A stretch of DNA of 63,777 nt, filler included, from Reclinomonas americana ATCC 50394 (taxonomy: Eukaryota), in assembly GCA_048213135.1 (NCBI GenBank). It is 20 parts of 20 records of this genome, joined end to end, with 100 filler letters (N's around TTAATTAATTAA, not from the genome) between each part and the next. Parts side by side here need not be neighbours in the genome. Positions count along the whole stretch, not along the records: positions 40,166 to 44,285 come from AFZH01018331.1; positions 44,386 to 49,513 come from AFZH01018333.1; positions 49,614 to 53,301 come from AFZH01018334.1; 17 more parts are not named here. One strand, given 5' to 3'. The stretch's first letter is position 1. Each line of letters opens with the position of its first letter. The notes below the pieces were generated by a model. The model did no database searches and had not been told where the DNA came from. It saw nothing but the letters and a program-made list of their open reading frames with translations. This document shows positions 41,491 through 51,579 of this stretch, in pieces. A program made the position numbers and the translations under genes.

Positions 41491-42389
41491 ATGACGTCTC
41501 GACTTGTTGGCATCGTGGTTTCACAGTGGGTGGGTACATTGCTCACTCGGAGAGGTGCCCGGTGCAGCGCGTGTTGCTTCATTGAGCGGCGTGTACGCGG
41601 GAGGTTGAGGAATGGTACTTCTCAACAGGTTTCACAGGAGTGCGCACACCCCGTTGCCGGAACCCTCGCCACGTCGGCTGCCAGACATTGGCGTGAAGGC
41701 TGAATTCGAGACGACACGTCCATTCGGAGTGTAGCACACAAGCCGGTCGTGCGTGCCGGACGGCTCAATGGGCCACCTGCTATGTGGTTGGAAAGGAGAA
41801 CGACAACAGAGAGAAGCAGTCTCAATCATCAATCCATCATGGACGTGCAAGCAGCAACACGCTTTCAACTTGACTCTTCCACTGCAACATCTACTCTCTT
41901 GCCTCTTGCTCCTCCTCTTGTACCTCCAGATCTAGACGTTCACTTGCAAACGCTAACTTCGGTGACTGCGGTCTCTCGTGTGGAAGGCTGTGTATGTGGT
42001 GCACCAATCATATGCGTCGTACGAGCAAGTTGCATCCCACAAGGGAGCGAGGTACACGCGCAAGTGAACCGGAGAAAGAAATATATAAAAGAAAAACACG
42101 CAGGACAACCGGACTCTCTTTTCAATGGCGAGTAAGGTGAGTGCCGTGCTTGCTTGCTGCGTGCACAGTGCTTGTTGGATGGCTGAGGGTCGTGCAGGTA
42201 CTGCGAGGCCACACGAGTGGGGTGCTTGCAGTGGCAGTGACACCTGATGGCCAGCACGTTGTCAGTGGCAGTCGAGACAAGACTGTGCGGGTGTGGTCGG
42301 TGGCAAGTGGAGAGGAGGTGCGCCGACTGGAAGGCCACACGGATTGGGTGCTTGCAGTCGCAGTGACACCGGATGGCCGGTACATTGTG

Positions 42390-42774
42390 GCCAACACGCG
42401 TTTGATTGGCTTTGTCTCCTGAAAGGGAAGATGACTGTTGGAGATGATTTATCTATGTGTTTTTTATATTGTTGGTGTGCCAATGGTCATCGTCGGCAAG
42501 GGATTTGTGGACATTTGTCGCATTATTGGAATGTGGTGAATGAAGTGTTTTGTTGAGTATTAATCTCTTTCTCTCTCTGTCGCCTTGGGTGGGGAGCAAG
42601 CCGGGCGCGTGCCGGCGTGTGCTGCAGCGCACGTCGGCAGCGCCTGCGTGGGCGGGAGACTCCTCTCCCCACGCAGCAGTGCTTGGCGAACGAACACTCT
42701 GTTCGTTCGGCAAGTATTGTCCGGTTTTTTCCCGCCTTTGGCTCGATTTGGGTTCTGTCGCATCGCGACTTCTG
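42390..42774. mobile_element. 385-bp non-coding insertion (putative non-autonomous mobile element) with a TG dinucleotide at both junctions
   Basis: Removing it restores ...TAC ATT GTG|AGT GGC AGT CGG (YIV-SGSR), matching the intact junction at 42892-42912. No GT/AG ends at these boundaries, no terminal inverted repeat, no poly-A. Small hairpins at both ends: GCCAA-n11-TTGGC and GTCGC-ATC-GCGAC. Confidence 0.75.
42582..42742 (+). ncRNA. Predicted four-way-junction (cruciform) structured RNA or ssDNA inside the insertion
   Basis: Paired by eye: closing stem 42582-42604 with 42721-42742, H1 42605-42643 (17 bp), H2 42644-42676 (~14 bp), H3 42677-42719 (~19 bp). The helices abut with only one unpaired base (42720). 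About ten G-U pairs form only on the + strand. Expression is unknown. Confidence 0.55.
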
Positions 42775-43609
42775 AGTGGCAGTCGGGACAGCACTTTACG
42801 GGTGTGGTCGGTGGCAAGTGGCGAGGAGGTCCGTCGACTGGAAGGTCACACGGATGTTGTATATGCAGTGACAGTGACACCCGATGGCCAGCACATTGTG
42901 AGTGGCAGTCGGGACAGCACTTTACGGGTGTGGTCGATGGCAAGTGGCGAGGAGGTCCGTCGACTGGAAGGTCACACGGATGTTGTATATGCAGTGACAG
43001 TGACACCCGATGGCCAGCATATTGTGAGTGGCAGTGATGACAGGACTGTACGGGTGTGGTCGATGGCAAGCGGCGAAGAGGTGCGCCTACTGGCGGACGT
43101 TGTATATGCAATGACGGTGACACCCGATGGCCAGCATATTGTGAGTGGCAGTTATGACAGGACTGTACGGGTGTGGTCACTGGCAAGTGGCGAGGAGATG
43201 CGCCGATTGGAAGGCCACGTGAGAGAGGTGCGTGCTGTGACAGTGACACCCGATGGTCAGTATATTGCGAGTGGCAGTGAGGACAAGACTGTACGGGTGT
43301 GGTCGATGGCAAGTGGCGAGGAGGAACGCCGACTGGAAGGCCACACGTTGTCGGTGCGGGCGATGGCAGTGACACCCGATGGCAAGCACATAATAAGCGG
43401 CAGTGCGGACAAGACTGTACGAGTGTGGCCCACAACACGCGGCCTTGCCGATGCCGAGCTGCAAGCTGCCCGGAATGCCCGTCTAGCCATCATCGAGCTC
43501 CAGCAGCTGCCGCCCGATGCGGACGGTGACCCGCGGTGCCTCGTAGAGATTGTGTTGCGCTGCTTCATCGGCGAGGACGCGGAGGTTATTCTCTTTGGTG
43601 CGCCGATTT

Positions 43610-43648
<39 letters not shown>

Positions 43649-43899
43649 GGGGAAGGACGAGGATTAATGTAGGAGGCGCAGGTCAAGCCTTCAAGCAGTG
43701 ATAGTCAGTGAAAGACATGAGAGGTGGTGTTAGTCATGGCACTTCATCGTCATCATAAGGTATCCATCTTTAAAAATAGCGAACAGAAAGCGAAGAGATC
43801 AGCGACTGCCCAAACCCTCCGTTGACAGAGGCTCCTTGCATCTCTAGATCTGCACGAAGTTTGCAATGTCCGCCACAGGTTTATTCATCTTATTTGTAC

Positions 43900-44191
43900 A
43901 TGAGAGTGATTGGCGCACTCTCCGGCACCTCTGCTGACGGCATCGACGTGGCAGTGTGTGACATTGAGGAGGTGCCACGCACAGACGAGTTGCGTCACTC
44001 ACAAAGGCAACAGTCACACACACTCTCTCACTCTCTCACTCTTTCTTTCTGTCTGTCTGCAGTGACCGGGTGGGAGTCTCATTGCGCGTGGTGGCCTCGG
44101 ATTGTGTGCCTTTCGCGCCCGAGTTGCGCAGTCGCATCTTGGCTGCGTGTGCAAGTGAGTGGAAGGGAGTTGTCATGTCGGAGAAATGACG

Positions 44192-44233
<42 letters not shown>

Positions 44234-45480
44234 GGAGAGAGAGTGACGAGACGAAGACGAGGACGAGGACGAGGACGAGACGAAGNNNNNNNNNNNNNNN
44301 NNNNNNNNNNNNNNNNNNNNNNNNNNNNNTTAATTAATTAANNNNNNNNNNNNNNNNNNNNNNNNNNNNNNNNNNNNNNNNNNNNACTTCCGCCGCATCG
44401 CAGTGGTCCATCGCGGACGCGTACCACCGCTTCGGCCCACCGCTGGACCAACTCACCGAAGTGATTGTGCACGGTGGCGGTGCACGCAACGTGGAGCTCA
44501 TGCGACGCCTGCGCGAAGCTCTGCCCGCATCGCGGGTGGTGAGCATGAGTGACGCCGAAATGTCGACACGAGTGGTCGGCATGGACGGCGACAACAAGGA
44601 GTCGTGCCTGTTTGCGTTGCTGGCGTTCCTGGCCGCACGTGGACTGCCAGTTGCGGCGTCGTGTGGTGCTTTCTCTTCGATACAGATGGCTCATTTGCAG
44701 CGCAGGGCAATGTTCCGAGTGCCACGCACGCTTCAGGTCCACGCATCCTCGGCAAGTACTCGCCGCCACCTCGATCATCGCCGTCCAAATTGGTGCTTCT
44801 GAAAGGCTTGCCGGCAACGGGCAAGACGACACTGGCGCACAAGGTAGCGGAGATCTCTTGTGCGCTCGCTTTCCACACGCGCCAACTCATCTTTACTTTG
44901 TGTGTCAGCTGGCGGAGCATCTCGGCGCTGTGCTGGTGTGCAAGGACGATGTGCGCGACGTGTTGAGCGTGATGGACGCGCGGCTGAATGCTTCCTTGCC
45001 ACCCGGTTCGCCAGTCGTGGACACCAATGACGAGTGCTACGTGCGTTTCACAATCTCGCCTTTAGAGCGTTTCCGTTAACTCGCCTGACTCGCCACGTCT
45101 CGCAGCACGTGGTCTTCAAACTGATGGAGAGCAATCTGCGCCTGGGTCACACGGTTCTGCTGGACTCGCCCATGATGCGTGGCGAGTTGTACGAGAGGGC
45201 GGTCTCTTTGCTGTCAGCATGCTGCGTGTCTAGTGCGCCACCGGCAGTCGTCGAGTGCATCGTGTCTGACGTGGACGAGTGGCGACGGCGTGTGGAGGCG
45301 CGACGCGGCCATCCGCACAAGCCGCACGAATGGTCCGCCATGGAGCACCTCATGCAACGGGATGCACCATACGATTTCGTGCCCGGCACCTGTCACGTGG
45401 TGATCGACACTGTGTCTGGCGACGATTCAGTGGACAAGGTCGTGCAGCAAGTCATGGCACAGTTGCGCGACAGCAAGTAA
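43900..45480 (+). CDS. anmK: Anhydro-N-acetylmuramic acid kinase (AnmK/levoglucosan kinase family) fused to a C-terminal P-loop (AAA_33-like) kinase
   Basis: AnmK motifs: MRVIGALSGTSADGIDVA, SIADAY, VIVHGGGARN, KESCLFALLA, GLP-GNVPSAT...ILG. The same exon continues in frame into LVLLKGLPATGKTTLA, then KDDVRD, VLLDSP and EWRRRVEAR, with stop at 45478-45480. The middle of AnmK is in a gap. Confidence 0.85.
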
Positions 45481-45603
45481 ACATTATTGGTAATTGAGTT
45501 TCATTTGTTTTGTATCTCTTTTCTTGTGTGTGTGTTTTTTGATTCGTGTTTCGACGGTCCGCACTTCTTTGGCGTTGCACGTCCACACTTATTTGTCGTT
45601 TAG

Positions 45604-48600
45604 TTATTGTGCCGCAGATGCTTGCGGCACCCGGCGGCGCTTCCGCGATGGCGAGGAATCGCCACTCTCTTGTTCCGCCTCTCCAGGCTCCTCCCTGCCT
45701 CGTTTCTGCAAGAAACAAGACCAACGGTGAGACAACCTGTTGCACACAACGCCACTCGCGCAAGCACGCACAACCCACACACCTTTTTGTTGGCGGCCTG
45801 CAACAACAGCTCCGACAGCGAACCCAGGCGGAAGTCCACCGACGGCGTTCGCTGTCGATCGAGACTCATCGAGCTGGCAGCAGCCGCTGCCGCAGCAGCG
45901 GCGGCAGCAGCAGCGGCGCCACTTCCACTTGCTCCACTGACAGCGGCGTGACCGTTTGTCGCGCTCGGCGGGTGCAGCGGCGGACGACCGGCCTCTGCCG
46001 CCGCAGCAGCAGCAGCAGTTCGATGTCTGTTGTGCATGCCCAGACGCAGTTCGTGCTCCTCGCCGTCCGGCGAGGTGATAATGGTGCTGGTGCGTCCCCA
46101 ACCGCCCAGCGGCAATGCCTCCTACAATTCATACACAATTGAGCACTCCAGGCGCTTGTCGTCACCTCGCCACTGTGTGCGCTCTCACCTTGACATGACC
46201 TCCCTCCCGTGGTGACAGCGGAGGCGACAATTTGCTCCACTTTGGCGTCGGCAGTGAATCTGCTGAAGGAGTGCGCGCCACCGGTGGAGGTGTGTTGTGA
46301 GCAGTGGAAGGCATGAGCGGATCGTGAGGCCGCGCCTCCAGCGGTGGTGATCCGAGTGGCACGCTGCCGACGCCGCCATTGGCCGTGCGATGAGCAGCAT
46401 TGCTTGCAATCGAGCGCACCGGAAGCTGCAGGGAGCAGAAGCGCAGTTCCCTGGTGGGATCAGCGCTGTGTTGGCGCTGCGTTGGGGAACAGAGATGAGT
46501 ACAAATAAAGGGAAGAGGGTGCAGTACTACTCGGTGTTGACGAACCACACGAGCCGAAAACGTGCCACAGAACGAGGCACGGTGCTCGCTCAAGTCGCCC
46601 GAACGCGGCTTGGCGGGCTGTTCACCGGATCCCGAGCCACCAGAACCATGCTGCGGCTGCGACTGTGTCTGTTGTTGTTGCTGCTGTTGTTGCTGTTGCA
46701 CCAGTGGCGACATGACACGAGTCGAGGACCACGAAGGCGTCACTGCCAGCGTGTCGCCAGTCGCACTCGACACTCTGCCCGGCGACGACACCAGCCGGAA
46801 CTTTGATGGCCGACTGCCGAGTGCGTCCACGCCAACACCAGCAATAGACGGCGACAGGCGCAAATGAGCTGTCGGCGGCACCTCGAGTCGCAGAGGACGC
46901 GAGGGCACAGCCGATGCACTTGTAGGATGCAATTGCTGCGACTCGTGTTGCTGATGGTGGTGGTGGTGGTGGTGGTGATATTGGTGATGATGTTGGTGAT
47001 GATGATCGTGCTGCTGCTGTTCAGCAGCGGCGGCCGCATGGAACACCGAGAGCACGTGCTGTGGCGAAAGCGAGCCAGCACGCAACTGTCGCCTCTGCTC
47101 CATCGGCGACTTTGGCGGTGTCGGCGGTGGCGACAGGTGTGGCGAGTGGCGCGGCGAGTGGCGCGGTGACACCAGGGGCGAAACCGCCGACCTCGCAACA
47201 AGCGAGTCCATGTCACCCGGCTGCGGCGTGTGCCGCCGTGCCACAGGCACGGCCACACTCAGCGAGCGCTGAGGAGGAGAGGCAGTCGGGGCCACCGGCA
47301 GCGTCGCCGAGTGGGCGCGAGAGTGACCCGTGACACTGGCCGCTCGCGTGCGCGTCCGTGGCGAATCCACCAGTGGCGGAGTGAACGCGGTGGATCTCCC
47401 GCCACGAGATGTGGCTGTAGGCACGGAAAGTGGCATCGGAACGCCACCAGTTCGTTTCAAAGCTGCACATGCACGCAGGTGAGTGACAAGGCAGAGAAAA
47501 ACAAAAGAGACCAGGCGACATGTGGGTGCATACCTCGATTGAGCAGTGAGTCGAAGACGCCAAGTCCGCGCGCCTCAGCCAGGCGACAGCAAAAGTCGAG
47601 TGCCCGCACCGACACGCCGTCTGTGGGCCGCGGACGAGGCGACCACACCGCCAAACCCATCACACCGGGGACGACCATGATGACGGCGCCATTGCGCGAC
47701 GCCTTGGTCGGCACGCCCACCTGCACGCACCACGAGCCGCGCGTATTGCCAGCACCGCAATGCAGCATCATGTGCGACACACGCTTCACGGCATCAGCGT
47801 CATACACTCGTCTGTTGGAGCGCGCAACACCGTGAGTCACCAAAACCAGGCTGTGAAGAACAACAATGACAGAGATTCTGACCTTCCAGTAAGCGGTGAA
47901 ACACCACCGGCGGCCAGCGTTCCCGCCATGCAGGCTAGTCTCCCGCAGTTCACCGGCACCGTGTTCTGCATGGCCTGCAGCTCCAAGGTCGCGGAGACAT
48001 CGGTGGCCCACTGCGGGAACACTTGGTGATCGAGCTGCACGGAATCAGCAGCGTGAGTCGACAATTAAACGAGAAGGGTGGCAAAGGGGCAAGGGATTAC
48101 AAACCAAATAGTGCGCGACACTGGCCTCGTGATCGAAATGCGAGCGCAGCATTTGGCGCGCCGCGGTCTCGGCCGGCACAAATGGCCGACCATCACCAGC
48201 GCACTGCTTGAGCGACTCGAGCAGTGAGGCGAACCGCTGTGGCACTGTGGCGGGCGCCTCGGCAGTGTTGCCCGCCAACGAAGTGACCACCAGCGATCCG
48301 GCACCCGTAAACGGGTTGAAAGGCTTGCCCTGACGGTCAAGCACAAAATCGTTGCGTGTCGGGTCCGCCTCCACGCCAATGTGAGCGTGCACACCTCGCA
48401 CACCATGCTGCGACAGCGCCGAAGCGTATGCGAACACCGACGCCAGTCCACCCAATTGGAACTCCTGCTGTGCACCTCCGCCGACCGTAAATCGCTGGCC
48501 GTCGACCGTGCACACCGACACCACTGCGAGAGGGGAGAAAAGGGGGGAAAGGCGTTAGAGAGGGTGTCGTTACATCTGGGCTGCTGCTACTGACTTGTTA

Positions 48601-51579
48601 ATTGCAGCTGCAAAAGTTACCTGTCCGCAGCGAACTCACGAGTCTCTGTGCTGCTATTACTGACTCGCAAAACTGCACAAATTACCTGCTCTCCGTCGCT
48701 CACTGGCGTCTCGCTCTCATGGTACGAGTCTCAGCGCTGCTGTGTTGCTGTTACAGACTCACAAAACTGCACCAATTACCTGCTCTCCTTGGCGTCTCTC
48801 TCTCGCGGCAGAACTCACAACTCTCTGTGCTGCATACACACACACACTGCGTTCATCCTTCGACAAAGGAAGCACCACTCACCCAACGGCACCTCGGGCC
48901 CGCCGTCGACATCGTCGCTGGGGCTGAAGAGGGTGCGAATGGTGGAGGAGCCAGTGGGTGCCGCCTTGCGGCGCGTCTGTTCGTGCAGGTCGCTGACAAG
49001 CCGGCAGAATCCGGTCCAATCGGGCACCGCCAGCGAGCCGGAGAGAGCACGCGACACGACATTGTCGGAACTGGTGCGCAGCACTTGCCCCAAAAACTGG
49101 GAGAAACTGAGTCGCGAGAATGTCGTGTGCGAGTGCACCGACGGAGGCGTCGGTGTGCGCGTCAGCGGCGCCCGTCCCGAGGACTCGCCGCCAGTGGATC
49201 CAGAAGCAGCTGCTGCCGCTGCTGCTGTTGCTGCCGTGGGAGGAGAGCCGGAGCCCTTTTCCGCAAACCACTCCTGCAACTGCGTCGCCACGTGCCGCAA
49301 CTCGCGCCACTGCAGACCGCACGACTGCTGCAAAAATGTCTGCAGGGCAGACACACTTAGCCGTGGGTCGGTGGCGCCGTGGCCGGACGGGGTTGTTGAT
49401 GTTGTGGTGGTGGAGGACGCGGAGGAGGAGGAGGAGGAGGGCACGCCGCCGCCGCGATGCATGGATTGTTGAGACCACGAGAGTGGTAGTGCTGCACTGC
49501 GACCTGAGATATGNNNNNNNNNNNNNNNNNNNNNNNNNNNNNNNNNNNNNNNNNNNNTTAATTAATTAANNNNNNNNNNNNNNNNNNNNNNNNNNNNNNN
49601 NNNNNNNNNNNNNGGAAAGGGGGGAATGGGGAAGGGAAAGTGAGGAAATGAAGGACACGAAAAAGAACAATAAGGCAACAACGCGGAGGAGGAAGGGAGG
49701 AAGAGACTTCAAGAGAGCCTACGGACCGCGCGAGAGCATGCGAGAAGGAAGGAAAGGAGTCGTCATGTAATTACTGAATAGCGGCGAGACACGCAGGAAA
49801 TAAAAAGGGAGAATCGCCTCCGAAGGGGCGATACACGAGGGAATAAAAAGGTGCACAAGTGGAGACGGTGTAATGGTACTGCGCAGCACTGAGAATTAAG
49901 TGTGCACGCATGACGATGAGACGAAGGAACAGCGACTCAAAAAGGAAGAGTGGTCAGGAGCGTTCGGAATCTTATCAAATTGCAGAAACCCAAGATAACA
50001 AACACATGCTTTGGACAGGCGGCGTGCACTGCTGGAGAATGACGAGGCAGCCCACGCAGCGAGTACATGTCGCAGGCAACATGCAGAAAAGAGGAGAGAA
50101 TCGCCAGGGTGGGAAGAAGGAGACGAGTTGCCACTTAAAACGGAATACAGCTGACGCGAGACGGGTGCTGCGCACTGCTGGAGAGATAAGACGGCGGGCA
50201 CAACGAGCATGTTACGCAATGAGAAGAGGCACGTGGACGTGACCACACGGAAATAAGCGATAACAGTGTGAATACAGGATTCACGAAACTAGACGAAAGT
50301 GGTTGGCAGAGACGCGGACGAGAGTGAACTTGCACATGCGCTAACACGCTTAGAGGAAACAAGGAGGAGAGTTGCCAAGGAGTGACGCACGTCACGAGAT
50401 GCAGAAGAGCAACGGATAAATAAAACACGCAGAAATCAGAAATTCCATCAATACACAAAACAGGAGCACTGTGTCCGAGAGAGAGAGAGAGAGGGAAGGA
50501 GAGGGAGGCGGAGGTAGGCATAGGGAGTGATAGGGAGGGAATGGAGAGAGAGAGAGCGCGCGCGCGCAAGTACACGAGAGAAAGAGAGAAAAAGAGAGCG
50601 GACATGGCAAAATTTAAAAGCACCCGCTGGACACGCACGTTTGCGCTCAACAACCAGTGCACAACAAAAGTCGCGCCACTCTCCCTCACGCAACATATCG
50701 AAGCACACATACACACACAAAACTAAGCACACACAAACCACACACACATACATACAGCAAAAAAAGGAGATTCATCCGCACACACAAACACACGCAGTTC
50801 TCCCTCGCCATTGGTCACTAACAGACACATAGAGAGCGACAGAGAGCGACAGAGAAAGAGCGGCCAAGATAATGTGGAACCGAGCCCGAAACAAAATAAG
50901 CGCAAAAGGAGCGAGAACCAACGGATATACTTCTCAAGAATCTCTCTCAAATTCCTCACTCCATGGCGCGTGTTGCCTGCCTCCGAGCGTGCATGCGTGT
51001 GCGTGTGTGCGTGTGTGTCTCTCTAAAGCACAGCGTGACGCGCAAACATAAAGTGGAATGAAAAGAGTGCCAAATATGGCAAACTGAAGGAAACAGACAC
51101 AAAGAGCAGCGGGTGTGTGTGAGAGCGCGAGCGAGATAGAGAGACAGGCAGCAGTGTGCTGAGCAACAAGCGCGTATTGAGCAATGCATACAAACATACA
51201 CACGGTTTCGAACACAATTAAGCAGAGAAAAGCTCTCCTTTGCACACTCTCCCTTCTTCTTCCCCTCACTCCCTCTTCGCTCACCAGCAGCCGACGAAGC
51301 AGCAGTGGCAGTCGCAGCAGTCGCAGGACCCGACGTGGCAGCGGCGAGCGCGGCCAGTGTCCCACCTTGTTGCCACTCCAACAGCGCCTCAAACACGCGC
51401 TGCCAGCGACGCTGCTCGCCGCGTGCCCATTGTCTCCATACGTCATCAACGGAGTCGGCGGCGGCTGTGGCGGCAGTGGAGGAAGAGGCTTCCGTGTCGC
51501 TCATGTGAGAGTCATACTCGTCATCGTCGTCATCGTGGAAAGAGACTGGTGAGAAGGCAGTGTCGCCGCGGTCTGCCAT
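45604..51579 (-). CDS. Glutaminase-like protein lacking catalytic residues, with a long disordered His/Gln/Ser-rich C-terminal tail
   Basis: Glutaminase landmarks: ALSGSLAVPDWTGF, VSVCTVDGQR, VHAHIGVE, KPFNPFTGAGSLVVTSL, MAGTLAAGGVSPLTG, MLHCG, VGVPTK, IMVVPGVMGLAVWSP, GVSVRALDFC. The QSxxK motif appears as GGLAS. The terminal exon ends SRKRRRVPQASAAQ*. Confidence 0.8.

Larger units (their letters stand above)
42199..43614 (+). pseudogene. Orphan array of NLR-type WD40 repeats interrupted by a 385-bp insertion (probable pseudogene or repeat reservoir)
   Basis: About 7 repeats of the same type as the two NLRs (GHT..V..V.VTPDGQHIVSGS.D.TVRVWS.ASGEEVRRLE). Reading frame broken by the insertion at 42390-42774. 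One unit has lost its GH dipeptide. No NACHT domain upstream. Confidence 0.65.

Noticed and set aside
42390..42774. Insertion as a group I/II intron, hammerhead ribozyme, tRNA or SRP RNA
   Set aside because: No register gives U before the 5' site with a terminal G, there are no GUGYG/AY ends, no CUGAUGA/GAAA core and no tRNA T-loop. GCCGGGCGCG resembles the SRP/Alu start but no helix-8 motif follows.
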